From: an uncultured Collinsella sp.
GTDB taxonomy: Bacteria > Actinomycetota > Coriobacteriia > Coriobacteriales > Coriobacteriaceae
Direction of reading: 5' to 3'
DNA: 64,000 bases
Assembly: GCA_902461085.1 (NCBI GenBank)
Contig: CABPWH010000001.1
Span: 10,520-74,519, forward strand
This document shows, one piece after another, positions 8,662 through 18,182 of this stretch (its first letter is position 1; every line of letters begins with the position of its first letter). The notes beneath the pieces are model-generated. The model did no database searches. It was not told the DNA's origin and saw nothing but the letters and a program-made list of their open reading frames with translations. The translations under genes and the position numbers were made by a program.

Positions 8662-8754
8662 TTACTTCTTCCGGCGGTGAATCACGTTGATCGCATAGCC
8701 GACGAGCATGGCCAAAACGATGATGATAAAGCCGAGCAGGGGATTGTCGTTCAT
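8662..8754 (-). CDS. Small hydrophobic peptide, 30 aa, MNDNPLLGFIIIVLAMLVGYAINVIHRRKK
   Basis: RBS ggagga 5 nt upstream. Single TM helix with a basic C-terminus. Lies 10 nt downstream of the lipid kinase gene. Confidence 0.4.
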   Translation of the reverse strand: MNDNPLLGFIIIVLAMLVGYAINVIHRRKK

Positions 8755-8763
8755 AGGGTCCTC

Positions 8764-9681
8764 CTATTTTCCGAGCGGGGAGAATTCGTCGACGATGAGG
8801 TCGAGGCATTGTGGAAGCGCGCGGGCTCCAAAGACGCCCGAATTGCTGGAGATAATCTCGCCATCGAACTGCATGCCCAGCGACGGGGTGCAGGTGATCT
8901 TGGCTTCCTTGGTCTGGATGATCTTGAACTGCGGGCGGCCGAGTACCTTGCCGGCGGGGTCGAGTGCGGCGGTGATCACAGTCGGTAGAAGCTGCACAGT
9001 TTTTACGGGTTCGATGACCGCAATGTCGACCATGCCATCGTTCATACGGCAGTCGGGGAACAGGTTGATGTCGTTTTGGATGACCGAGGTGTTGCCGGCC
9101 ATGCAGCAGATGCCGTCGAGCTCCTCGACAATGCCGTCATGCTCAATCGTAAAGTGCGCCACCGTGGGATTGGGCGTGGCGAGCGCGGAGAGGAAGTAAG
9201 CGATCTCGCCGATGTCGTTTTTGGTGGGGGCGGCCTTCATCATGATCTCGGCGTCGAAGCCCGAGCCGGCGATGATGATAAAGCCGTGGCGCTTCTCGTT
9301 GCCGTTCTCGTCGAGCCAAAAGAGCTCACCCATGTCGACTTTGACCGTGCGACCGGCACGGCAGGCCTTGGCGAGCGCCGCTGCCTCGGGGGCATTACCG
9401 ATGTTGTTAAAGAATAGACAGGCTGTGCCGGAGGGGAAGACGAGCGTGGGGACACCGCACCCGCGCATCTGGTCGAGCACGTTGGAGACGGTGCCGTCGC
9501 CGCCCGAAACGACCACGCGATCAAACTCGCGCACGTCTGCCACGGCATCCTCGGGCTCCATGCCATCGCCGATAAAACGCATCACGACCTCGTCGCCGCC
9601 CTGCGCGAGGGCGTGCGTGAATGCGTAGATTTCATCTGAGCTGGGGCCCGATGCCGGGTTGTGGATGATAAGGCAGCGCAT
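8764..9681 (-). CDS. Diacylglycerol/lipid kinase catalytic-domain protein (YegS/DAGK_cat family)
   Basis: 305 aa. Carries the GGDGT motif (VVVSGGDGTVSNV) and the N-terminal IIHNPASG motif. Confidence 0.8.
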   Translation of the reverse strand: MRCLIIHNPASGPSSDEIYAFTHALAQGGDEVVMRFIGDGMEPEDAVADVREFDRVVVSGGDGTVSNVLDQMRGCGVPTLVFPSGTACLFFNNIGNAPEAAALAKACRAGRTVKVDMGELFWLDENGNEKRHGFIIIAGSGFDAEIMMKAAPTKNDIGEIAYFLSALATPNPTVAHFTIEHDGIVEELDGICCMAGNTSVIQNDINLFPDCRMNDGMVDIAVIEPVKTVQLLPTVITAALDPAGKVLGRPQFKIIQTKEAKITCTPSLGMQFDGEIISSNSGVFGARALPQCLDLIVDEFSPLGK

Positions 9682-9779
9682 ACTTACGTTCCCGTTCTGT
9701 GACTAACCGAGTATAGTTGTAAGGCAATGCCGATATCCTACCCGTGTTTTTCGGGCCTAACCTTATTCGATGGGTTGAT

Positions 9780-10913
9780 ATGTACATTTCCACACATCAG
9801 GCTCTACTCGCCTTTTGCCAGCGCGCCCGTGAGTTCGACGCGATTGCCGTCGATACCGAGTTTTTGCGCGAGCGCACATTCCACCCGCGTCTGTGTTTGG
9901 TTCAGATTGCCACCCCTGCCGAGAGCGTCGCGGTCGATCCCCTGGTAATCGACGACCTATTGCCGCTGGCCGAGCTTATGGCCGACGAGAGCGTGACCAA
10001 GGTCTTCCATGCGTGCTCGCAGGATATGGAGGTCATGCTCCATACCGTGGGCGTGCTGCCACGACCGATTTTCGATACGCAGGTCGCCGTCGCCTTTTTG
10101 GGCGAGCGCCAGCAGATTTCGTATGGCGCGCTTGTTCAGACGTTCTGCGGCGTATCGCTGCCCAAGACCGAGTCGCTGACCGACTGGTCGCGCCGCCCGC
10201 TGACCGATAAGCAGATTGAGTATGCGATCGATGACGTCAAGTACCTGATCGTCGCCTATACCGAGATGATGAGCCGCCTGCGCGAGCTGGGCCGTGTGGA
10301 CTGGGTGCTCGACGAGCTGCGCCCGCTGGCTGACGAGTCGCACTATCGCGCCGATCGCCACGAGGCGTTCCGCAAGGTCAAACGCATCAATTCGTGCAGC
10401 CGTCACCAGTTGGGCATCGCGCGCGAGCTCGCCGCCTGGCGCGAGGACCGCGCCGAGCGCCGTAACATCCCGCGCAAGTGGGTCATGTCCGACGACACGC
10501 TACTTGCGCTCGTTAAGCGCAATCCCGTGCGCGTTGAGGAGTTCCGTAGCATTCGCGGTACCGATCAGTTGGGGGAGCGCGACGTGGACGGTGCGCTCAT
10601 GGCCATCAAGCGCGGCGCGAGCTGCCCGCACGATCGCCTGCCGCTCATGGTGCGCGGGCACCGTCAGATTTCGCCGGAGTTGGAGAGCGTGACGGACCTG
10701 ATGTATGCGCTCATTCGCCTAGTTGCCGAGCGCTCGGGCGTGGCGACCTCGGTCATTGCCTCGCGCGATGACCTGGCCGACTATATTGAGCACCCCGAGC
10801 AGAGCCCCCTGCGCGAAGGCTGGCGTTTTGAGCTTGTGGGCTCGCGTCTGGACGATCTGCTCTCGGGCAATATGGGGTTGACGGTGAAGGACGGAAAAAT
10901 CGAATTGCTGTAA
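9780..10913 (+). CDS. rnd: Ribonuclease D (DEDDy 3'-5' exonuclease + HRDC)
   Basis: MYISTHQALLAFCQRAREFDAIAVDTEF..., DEDDy residues and a C-terminal HRDC-like region. The GTG start at 9744 is less likely. Confidence 0.8.
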   Translation: MYISTHQALLAFCQRAREFDAIAVDTEFLRERTFHPRLCLVQIATPAESVAVDPLVIDDLLPLAELMADESVTKVFHACSQDMEVMLHTVGVLPRPIFDTQVAVAFLGERQQISYGALVQTFCGVSLPKTESLTDWSRRPLTDKQIEYAIDDVKYLIVAYTEMMSRLRELGRVDWVLDELRPLADESHYRADRHEAFRKVKRINSCSRHQLGIARELAAWREDRAERRNIPRKWVMSDDTLLALVKRNPVRVEEFRSIRGTDQLGERDVDGALMAIKRGASCPHDRLPLMVRGHRQISPELESVTDLMYALIRLVAERSGVATSVIASRDDLADYIEHPEQSPLREGWRFELVGSRLDDLLSGNMGLTVKDGKIELL

Positions 10914-10977
10914 GGAAGCCTAGCCGTTTGAGTGGGTAAAATGCCTCCAACGTGTAACTCGATTCGGAGGAATTCGC

Positions 10978-11682
10978 ATGCCCTATTACTATGGTTACGG
11001 CTTTGGTATCGACCCGCTGTACCTGCTGGTTGTTCTTGTTTGTACAGTGCTTGGCCTTGCTGCGCAGAGCTATATCAATTCGACGTACAAGACCTGGTCC
11101 AAGGTTCGTTCGGACGGCGATACGGGTGCCACGGTCGCGCGCCGCATGCTCGATGCCAACGGTTGTAGCGCCGTGGGTATCAAGGGTGTCGCTGGCGAGC
11201 TCACCGACCATTACAACCCGCAGGACAACAACCTGTATCTGTCGGATGCCAACCGTTCGGGCGGTTCGGTCGCAAGCGTTGCCGTCGCCTGCCACGAGGC
11301 GGGCCATGCCGCCCAGCGTCAAAGCGGCTATGCCATGATGAAAGTGCGTACCGCCCTGGTTCCGGTTGTCAACTTTACCCAGAACACCTGGACCATCGTG
11401 TTGCTCTTGGGCCTGTTTATGAACATTGCCGGGCTCACATCCCTCGCGCTGATTTTCTTCTCGTTTAGCGTGCTGTTCCAGCTCGTTACGCTGCCGGTCG
11501 AGATTGACGCCAGCCGCCGCGCCGTGGCATATATTGAGCAGTCGGGTATGAGTTCCAAGCAGGTCAACGGTGCCAAGAAGGTCCTGACGGCAGCCGCGCT
11601 TACCTATGTGGCCGCAGCGCTCACTTCGATTATTCAGCTGCTCTACCTTATGGCTCGCTACAACAGAAACTCCAACCGATAA
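10978..11682 (+). CDS. Membrane zinc metallopeptidase (putative neutral Zn peptidase family, HEAGH motif)
   Basis: 234 aa with VACHEAGHAAQ, N- and C-terminal TM segments, and RBS ggagg. Confidence 0.75.
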   Translation: MPYYYGYGFGIDPLYLLVVLVCTVLGLAAQSYINSTYKTWSKVRSDGDTGATVARRMLDANGCSAVGIKGVAGELTDHYNPQDNNLYLSDANRSGGSVASVAVACHEAGHAAQRQSGYAMMKVRTALVPVVNFTQNTWTIVLLLGLFMNIAGLTSLALIFFSFSVLFQLVTLPVEIDASRRAVAYIEQSGMSSKQVNGAKKVLTAAALTYVAAALTSIIQLLYLMARYNRNSNR

Positions 11683-11797
11683 CAAATTGGGTCACTGGGC
11701 GCCGCGGGGATTCGTGTCCCCGCGGCGCTGTACTATGTGTTGGACTTGAATTTGCGCAGGGCCGAAGCCCTTGTGCACGATGACGAAAGGAGGCTGC

Positions 11798-13258
11798 GTG
11801 GCAGGCTGGAATCTAACCGGCAATGCCGTTTCCGCCGAATTTGACGGCTCGGACGATCAGGAGCGCAAGGAGCTCAGCGTGAGCCAGGCGGTGGAGATCG
11901 CCGCTGGTGCGCTCGATGCCATTCCGCAGCTGAGTGTCCTGGGCGAGGTCACGGGTTTCCGTGGTCCCAACGCCCGAAGCGGCCACTGCTACTTCCAGAT
12001 TAAAGACGACTCGGCCGCCGTCGACTGCATCATCTGGAAGGGCGCCTATCTCAAGCGTACCTTCGATCTGCGTGACGGCATGCAGGTGAGCTTTAAGGGC
12101 AGCTTCAACCTCTATAAGCCCACGGGTCGTATGAGCTTTGTCGCTCGCTCGTTTTCGCTGGCGGGGGAGGGTCTGCTGCGTCAACAAGTGGCGCAACTGG
12201 CCGAAAAGCTACGCCGCGAGGGCCTGATGGACGAAGCGCGCAAACGCCGCATCCCGGTGTTCTGCTCACGCGTGGCGGTTGTCACCTCGCTTTCCGGTGC
12301 GGTAATCGACGACGTCAAGCGTACGCTGCGCCGACGCAACCCGCTCGTCGAGCTCGTCTGCGTGGGCGCAAAGGTCCAGGGCGAGGGTGCGCCGGCAGAG
12401 CTTATTGAAGGCTTGCGCCGCGCCGCTGCCATTACGCCGGCGCCCGACTGTATTTTGCTCGTGCGTGGTGGCGGTTCCTTCGAGGACCTCATGACCTTTA
12501 ACGACGAGGAGCTTGCCCGCGCGGTGGCGGCTTGCCCTGTGCCCGTGGTGACCGGCATTGGCCATGAGCCCGATACCTCGATTTGCGACATGGTGAGCGA
12601 CCGCCGCGCCTCCACGCCCACGGCGGCGGCCGAATCGGTGGCGCCGGCCATGACGGAGTTGGCCGATGTGCTCGAGGCGCGCCATCAGCGTCTGGGTGCC
12701 GCGATGGCATCGATGATTGGGTCGGCCCAGGTCGACCTGGAGATGCTCGATCAGCGTGGCCGTCGTTCCTGGGATACCTATACGGCTCGCTTGGGCGACG
12801 CGCTCGATGCGGCCGCATGCCGCCCGTGTCTCAACGATCCGACGTTTATGGTCGAGCGTCGTGAGTCAGAGCTTGCCTTGACGGCCGATCGTTTGTCCGG
12901 TGCCATAACGCGTTCGGTTGGGGCCTTCCGCTCCAACTTCGAGCGTCTGCCCGAGCGCTTGATCGCAAGCACCTCGGGGCTCGATGGCAAGCGCCATGCG
13001 CTCACGCTTGCGAGTTCCCGCCTGGAGCATCAGGGGCGCACGATGCTCAACAAACCTGCGTCCGATTTGGGCCGTGCGGCAGCCTCGCTCGATGCCCTGT
13101 CGCCGCTCAAGGTGCTTGCCCGCGGTTACTCCATCGCGTACAGCGATGACGGTGTGGCTACGAGCGCCAAGACCTTTAAGCCCGGCGACGCCATCCGCGT
13201 GCGCATGGCGGACGGCAACGTGGCGGCAACGGTCGATACGGTCGATACGGTCGAGTAG
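11798..13258 (+). CDS. xseA: Exodeoxyribonuclease VII large subunit
   Basis: OB-fold N-terminus (VLGEVTGFRGPNARSGHCYFQIKDD) and a conserved catalytic core. GTG start with a perfect RBS aaggagg is preferred over the ATG at 11771. Confidence 0.85.
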   Translation: MAGWNLTGNAVSAEFDGSDDQERKELSVSQAVEIAAGALDAIPQLSVLGEVTGFRGPNARSGHCYFQIKDDSAAVDCIIWKGAYLKRTFDLRDGMQVSFKGSFNLYKPTGRMSFVARSFSLAGEGLLRQQVAQLAEKLRREGLMDEARKRRIPVFCSRVAVVTSLSGAVIDDVKRTLRRRNPLVELVCVGAKVQGEGAPAELIEGLRRAAAITPAPDCILLVRGGGSFEDLMTFNDEELARAVAACPVPVVTGIGHEPDTSICDMVSDRRASTPTAAAESVAPAMTELADVLEARHQRLGAAMASMIGSAQVDLEMLDQRGRRSWDTYTARLGDALDAAACRPCLNDPTFMVERRESELALTADRLSGAITRSVGAFRSNFERLPERLIASTSGLDGKRHALTLASSRLEHQGRTMLNKPASDLGRAAASLDALSPLKVLARGYSIAYSDDGVATSAKTFKPGDAIRVRMADGNVAATVDTVDTVE

Positions 13259-13300
13259 ACCGCGTTTCATAGCGATAAACCTTTAGGAAAGGAAACAGAT

Positions 13301-13567
13301 ATGGCAGAGAAGACCCCGGTCGAGCAGCTTACGTACAAGCAGGCCTCGCAGGAGCTGGAGCTCATCATCCGCAGCTTGGAGTCGGGTGATATGGAGCTCG
13401 AGGAGTCGCTCGAGAGCTATACCCGCGGCGTCGAGCTCCTCAAGAGCCTGCGCACCCGTCTCTCCGATGCCGAGCAGAAGGTCTCGGTACTCCTTAAGGA
13501 CGTCGACGGCAACGACGTGCTCGCCGACGGCGAAGCCGCCAACACGGACGACAACCTTTCGTTCTAA
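13301..13567 (+). CDS. xseB: Exodeoxyribonuclease VII small subunit
   Basis: 88 aa, LSFEQALxELEEIVxxLE-type helical hairpin, directly downstream of xseA. Confidence 0.85.
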   Translation: MAEKTPVEQLTYKQASQELELIIRSLESGDMELEESLESYTRGVELLKSLRTRLSDAEQKVSVLLKDVDGNDVLADGEAANTDDNLSF

Positions 13568-13616
13568 CCACCCCGACCAAATATAATTACCTTGGTCTGC
13601 GAGAAAGGAACCAACC

Positions 13617-13952
13617 ATGTGTGATTGCATCTTCTGCAAAATTGCCAACCACGAGATCCCCTCGACCGTTGTCTATGAGGACGACCAGGTCATCGCCTTC
13701 GACGACCTCAATCCCCAGGCGCCGGTCCATACGCTCGTGATTCCCAAGAAACACTACAGTGACATCGCCGACAACGTACCGGCCGAGACCATGGGCGCCA
13801 TGGCTCACGCCATCCAGGAGGTCGCTAAGGCCAAGGGCTTGGAGGACGGTTTCCGCGTCATCTCCAACAAGGGCGTCAACGCCGGCCAGACCGTCATGCA
13901 CTTCCACATGCACGTCCTCGGCGGCAAAAACCTGGGCGAGAACCTCATCTGA
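13617..13952 (+). CDS. HIT-family (histidine triad) nucleotide hydrolase
   Basis: 111 aa, CIFCKI N-terminus and the HFHMHVLGG histidine triad. Confidence 0.85.
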   Translation: MCDCIFCKIANHEIPSTVVYEDDQVIAFDDLNPQAPVHTLVIPKKHYSDIADNVPAETMGAMAHAIQEVAKAKGLEDGFRVISNKGVNAGQTVMHFHMHVLGGKNLGENLI

Positions 13953-14099
13953 GGGCGCTTCTTCCTTGCAATGAAACGGAAGCTCAAGCACCGATAACTT
14001 ATATATCAACGCAATAAACCCGAGCGCGAGGGCGTTTGGGTTTATTATTGAAGCGTATGTAACCTGGCGGCGCCACACCGCCTGTTAGTAGGGAGACAC

Positions 14100-15278
14100 A
14101 TGAACGTTCTGGTCGTCAACGCAGGATCTTCGACGCTTAAGTATCAGGTCATCGATACCAAGTCCCACAAGGTGTCCGCAAAGGGCTCCTGCGAGCGCGT
14201 CTGCTTTACCGGCGGTACCTTCACCCACGCTGCCAACGGTTCCAAGAAGGTGACCGAGAACATCGAGTTCCCCGACCACAAGGTCGCCATCGAGGTCGTC
14301 CTGAAGGACCTCGAGGCCAACGGCGTCAAGATCGAGGGCATCGGCCACCGTATCGTTCAGGGCGGTTGGTACTTCGGCGATTCCTCCCTCGTCGACGAGG
14401 ACGTCCTCGCCAAGATCCGCGAGGTCGCTCCGCTCGCCCCGCTGCACAACAACCCCGAGGCCAACGTTATCGAGTACTGCCTGGAGCAGTATCCCGACCT
14501 GCCCAACGTCACGGTCTACGACACTGCTTTCCACTTCAATATGCCCGAGGTCGCCAAGACCTACGCCCTGCCCAAGGACGTCTGCGACAAGCTGCACATC
14601 CGTAAGTACGGCGCCCACGGCACCAGCTACCGTTACATCTCCAAGAAGGTCGCCGAGATGACCAACGGCGAGGCTCGCAAGGTCGTCGTGTGCCATATCG
14701 GCTCCGGTGCTTCCCTGTGCGCCATCGAGGACGGCAAGTGCATGGACACCACCATGGGTCTCACCCCGCTCGACGGCGTCATGATGGGAACTCGCTGCGG
14801 CTCTATCGACCCGGCTACCGTGTGCTACCTGCAGCGCGAGGGTGGCTACACCTTCGACGAGGTCGACGAGATGATGAACAAGAAGTCCGGCCTTTTGGCT
14901 GTGACCGGCGGCAAGACCAACGACTGCCGCAACGTCGAGGAGCTCGCCGCCGCTGGTGACCCCGATGCTCAGCTCGCCTTCGACATGTTTGTCTACAAGA
15001 TTGCCGCTAAGGCAGCCGAGATGGCTACTTCTATGTGCGGTATGGACACCCTGGTCTTTACTGCCGGCATCGGCGAGCACGCTCCGGCTGTCCGCGCTGG
15101 CGTGGCCGACCGTCTGGCCTTTATGGGCGTCAAGATGGATCATGCCCGCAACGCCCTGCGTGGCGACGGCGCTTGGTGCCTGTCTGCCAAGGATTCCAAG
15201 GTCAAGATTTTCGTCATCCCCACGGACGAGGAGTTCATGATCGCCTCCGACGTCGAGCGCATCGTCAACGGCAAGTAA
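14100..15278 (+). CDS. ackA: Acetate/propionate kinase, paralog 1
   Basis: 392 aa, MNVLVVNAGSSTLKYQ..., complete acetokinase signature motifs, RBS gggag. Confidence 0.9.
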   Translation: MNVLVVNAGSSTLKYQVIDTKSHKVSAKGSCERVCFTGGTFTHAANGSKKVTENIEFPDHKVAIEVVLKDLEANGVKIEGIGHRIVQGGWYFGDSSLVDEDVLAKIREVAPLAPLHNNPEANVIEYCLEQYPDLPNVTVYDTAFHFNMPEVAKTYALPKDVCDKLHIRKYGAHGTSYRYISKKVAEMTNGEARKVVVCHIGSGASLCAIEDGKCMDTTMGLTPLDGVMMGTRCGSIDPATVCYLQREGGYTFDEVDEMMNKKSGLLAVTGGKTNDCRNVEELAAAGDPDAQLAFDMFVYKIAAKAAEMATSMCGMDTLVFTAGIGEHAPAVRAGVADRLAFMGVKMDHARNALRGDGAWCLSAKDSKVKIFVIPTDEEFMIASDVERIVNGK

Positions 15279-15442
15279 TTGCAAAAGGGGAGGGGCTGGA
15301 CGACCGAGCGCCGTTCGGCCCCTCTTTTGTGCTCGTTGGGCGATATGCCTGATAGCTATTTATCAAGTTGTGATAACTTCTTATTAAAATGCGGCCGCCT
15401 TAAGGGGTCTGCGTCGACCGTATTGCACTGCAAAGGAGTCTC

Positions 15443-16621
15443 ATGAACGTACTTGTTGTTAACGCCGGCAGCTCAAGCCTCAAATATCAGCTTTTGGATA
15501 CCGATACTCGCGAGGTTTTCGCCAAGGGCAACTGCGAACGTATCGGTTCGGACATGGGCATCTTTGGCCACTCCGAGAACGGTGGCGCCAAGCAGACCGA
15601 GGAGGTCCCCTTCCCGGACCATCGTTCGGCTATCGCGCGTGTGCTCGAGGAGCTCGAGAAGACCGACTTTACGATCGATGGCATCGGCCACCGTATCGTT
15701 CAGGGTGGCTGGCACTTCGATGATTCCGCGGTCGTCGACGACGAGGTCATGGCTAAGATTCTCGAGGTGGCCCCGCTCGCCCCGCTGCACAATTACGGCG
15801 AGGCCGCAGCAATCGAGTATTGCCGCGAGAAGTATCCGGAGCTGCCCAACGTCGCCGTCTTCGATACCTCGTTCCACATGACCATGCCCGAGGTCGCCTA
15901 CACCTACGCGCTGCCCAAGGACGTGTGCGATAAGTACCACGTGCGCAAGTACGGTGCCCACGGCACGAGCCACCGCTATGAGTGGATGATGGCCAAGGAG
16001 ATCCTGGGCTCGCGCTGCCACCGTCTGCTTTCGTGCCATCTGGGCAACGGCGCTTCGCTCGCCGCCATCGAGGACGGCGTGTGCCGCGATACCACGATGG
16101 GCCTCACGCCGCTCGATGGCCTGATGATGGGCACCCGTTGTGGTTCCATCGACCCGGCCACCGTGTGCTACCTGCAGCGCGAGGGCGGCTACAGCTACCA
16201 GGAAGTCGATGACATGATGAACAAGCAGTCTGGTCTGCTTGCCATCTCGGGCATCTCCAACGACGCCCGCGACATCCGCACGCGCGCCTCCGAGGGCGAC
16301 GAGCGCTGCCTGCTCGCCTTCGATATGTTCGCCTATAAGGCCATGCAGCAGGCCGGTTCCATGATCGCTTCCATGGCGGGCGTGGACACCATTACCTTTA
16401 CCGCCGGCATCGGCGAGAACGACTGGTCGATCCGCAAGGCCTTCTGCGACTGCTTTGAGTGGCTGGGCGTGCGCATCGACAACAACAAGAACCGCGAGGC
16501 CGTGGGCAACGGCCCACAGGTCATCAGCGCCGCCGGCTCTTCCGTCACGGTTATGGTCATCCCCACCGACGAGGAATACATGATCGCCCACGACGTCGAG
16601 CGCCTGACCAAGAACAACTAA
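15443..16621 (+). CDS. ackA: Acetate/propionate kinase, paralog 2 (roughly 60-65% identical to paralog 1 by eye)
   Basis: 392 aa, MNVLVVNAGSSSLKYQ..., own RBS aaaggag. An intergenic hairpin and a promoter-like AT-rich stretch separate it from paralog 1. Confidence 0.9.
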   Translation: MNVLVVNAGSSSLKYQLLDTDTREVFAKGNCERIGSDMGIFGHSENGGAKQTEEVPFPDHRSAIARVLEELEKTDFTIDGIGHRIVQGGWHFDDSAVVDDEVMAKILEVAPLAPLHNYGEAAAIEYCREKYPELPNVAVFDTSFHMTMPEVAYTYALPKDVCDKYHVRKYGAHGTSHRYEWMMAKEILGSRCHRLLSCHLGNGASLAAIEDGVCRDTTMGLTPLDGLMMGTRCGSIDPATVCYLQREGGYSYQEVDDMMNKQSGLLAISGISNDARDIRTRASEGDERCLLAFDMFAYKAMQQAGSMIASMAGVDTITFTAGIGENDWSIRKAFCDCFEWLGVRIDNNKNREAVGNGPQVISAAGSSVTVMVIPTDEEYMIAHDVERLTKNN

Positions 16622-16644
16622 CGCGCGCATTTGCAAGTAAACGA

Positions 16645-16680
16645 AAGGCCTCCAGAGCAACAGCTCCGGAGGCCTTTTTA
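16645..16680 (+). terminator. Intrinsic terminator after ackA paralog 2
   Basis: ggcctccagagc-aacagct-ccggaggcc followed by ttttta. Confidence 0.65.
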
Positions 16681-16828
16681 CTAGCAGGTGGAAATTCCAG
16701 TCCCAAAGTGATCGTCACCAGCAACGCCTGCTCTTTCAGCAACGACACCCATTCGTTCAGGATTCTCAGCCCCAGCTCGTAGCCAAGCCGCCGTCCACTC
16801 CAGATACCCTGATTGCCACGTGGCGGCA

Positions 16829-16955
16829 GGGGCCCTACAGGGTAAAGCTCTGAAAACTTTCCGCAGGACGCATGAAACCCCCGCCGCACGAAGTGCGCAG
16901 CGGGGGTTTCATGCATGTCCGAGGACGTTTTCAGAGCTTTACCCTGTAGGGCCCC
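16829..16955. repeat. Giant nested palindrome P1: 29-bp perfect outer arms, 15-bp perfect inner arms and a 5-bp core hairpin
   Basis: ggggccctacagggtaaagctctgaaaac ... gttttcagagctttaccctgtagggcccc; inner gcatgaaacccccgc/gcgggggtttcatgc; core cgcac-gaa-gtgcg. No U-tract on either strand. It lies 15 bp past the pta stop codon. Confidence 0.8.
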
Positions 16956-16970
16956 GAGGGGATAAGTCCG

Positions 16971-17951
16971 CTACTCAGCCATCTGAGCCTGGACGGCGGT
17001 GATGGCCACGACACCCACGATGTCGTCAGCAGAGCAGCCGCGCGACAGATCGTTGACCGGCTTGGCGATGCCCTGCAGGATGGGGCCGTAGGCGTCGGCG
17101 CCGGCGAAGCGCTGGACCAGCTTGTAGCCGATGTTGCCGGCCTCGAGGTCGGGGAACACGAGCACGTTGGCCTTGCCGGCAACGGAGGAGCCGGGAGCCT
17201 TGAGCTGGGCGACGGTGGGGACAATAGCGGCATCGAGCTGCAGGTCGCCGTCGATGGCGAGCTCGGGAGCCTTCTCCTTGCAGAACTTCACAGCCTCCTG
17301 GACCTTCTTGGCGACCTCGCCGCCAGCGGAGCCCATGGTGGAGTAGGAGAGCATGGCCACGTGCGGCTCAACGTTGCCCATGAAGGTGGACCAGGAGTGA
17401 GCGGAGGCGATGGCGATCTCGGAGAGCTCGTCGGAGGACGGGTTGATGTTGAGGCCGCAGTCGGCGAAGATCAGCGTGCCGTCAGTGCCGAACTGCGGGG
17501 TGTCGGTGCACATCACGAAGAAGGCCGAGACCAGCTTGGTGCCCGGGGCGGTCTTGAGGATCTGAAGCGCGGGGCGCAGGGTGTCGGCGGTGGAGTGGCA
17601 GGCGCCGGAGACCAGGCCGTCGGCATCGCCCATCTTGACCATCATGGTGCCAAAGTAGGTGGCGTCCATCACCTGGGCGCGAGCCTGCTCGATGGTAACG
17701 CCCTTCTTGGCGCGGAGCTCGGCAAACTTCTGCGCATACTCCTCGTGCTTCTCGGCATTGCGCGGGTCGATGACGGTAGCGCCGGGAACGTTGATCTCGT
17801 CGGGGTTGCCCAGGATGACGATCTTTGCCAGGCCCTCCTCGATGATTTTGGTGGCCGCGACGATAGTGCGCGGATCCTCGCCCTCGGGCAGGACGATCGT
17901 CTTAAGGTCGGCCTTGGCGGCAGACTTCATACGGTTTAGGAAATCGCTCAT
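16971..17951 (-). CDS. pta: Phosphate acetyltransferase
   Basis: 326 aa, MSDFLNRMKSAAKA..., conserved Pta core, RBS aaggag. Convergent with the ackA pair. Confidence 0.9.
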   Translation of the reverse strand: MSDFLNRMKSAAKADLKTIVLPEGEDPRTIVAATKIIEEGLAKIVILGNPDEINVPGATVIDPRNAEKHEEYAQKFAELRAKKGVTIEQARAQVMDATYFGTMMVKMGDADGLVSGACHSTADTLRPALQILKTAPGTKLVSAFFVMCTDTPQFGTDGTLIFADCGLNINPSSDELSEIAIASAHSWSTFMGNVEPHVAMLSYSTMGSAGGEVAKKVQEAVKFCKEKAPELAIDGDLQLDAAIVPTVAQLKAPGSSVAGKANVLVFPDLEAGNIGYKLVQRFAGADAYGPILQGIAKPVNDLSRGCSADDIVGVVAITAVQAQMAE

Positions 17952-18182
17952 GTTACTCCTTACAAGCGTTTCGCTAAGCTCCAGGCGCCCGGCTGTTCAC
18001 GAATAAACCCGCTGCTAGCTGGTTTACCTTACGTTAATGTTCGCCGCGGTGCTTGAGCTTTCCTTGTGTGGCAAGCTCATTATAGGACGCATTAGCGCTA
18101 TAATCGCTCTGATAAATGTGTCTCGAAGAATGTTCGAGAAAAGCCCAGCTAACGAGCCCGTGGCTTTTGACAAGGAGTATCG

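Noticed and set aside
9744-9779. Upstream GTG start for rnd, the ATG at 11771 for xseA, and the ATGs at 35137, 51042 and 54787 for the DUF1846 gene, murC and ftsZ
   Set aside because: Downstream starts have better RBS spacing and match conserved N-termini. The upstream codons lack RBS.
16557-17002. Mirror-image ORFs 16557..16916 (-) and 16820..17002 (+) both containing HETPAA...RGFHA...FSELYPVGP
   Set aside because: Both are read from the two arms of palindrome P1, so their similarity is a trivial consequence of the inverted repeat and not a gene pair.
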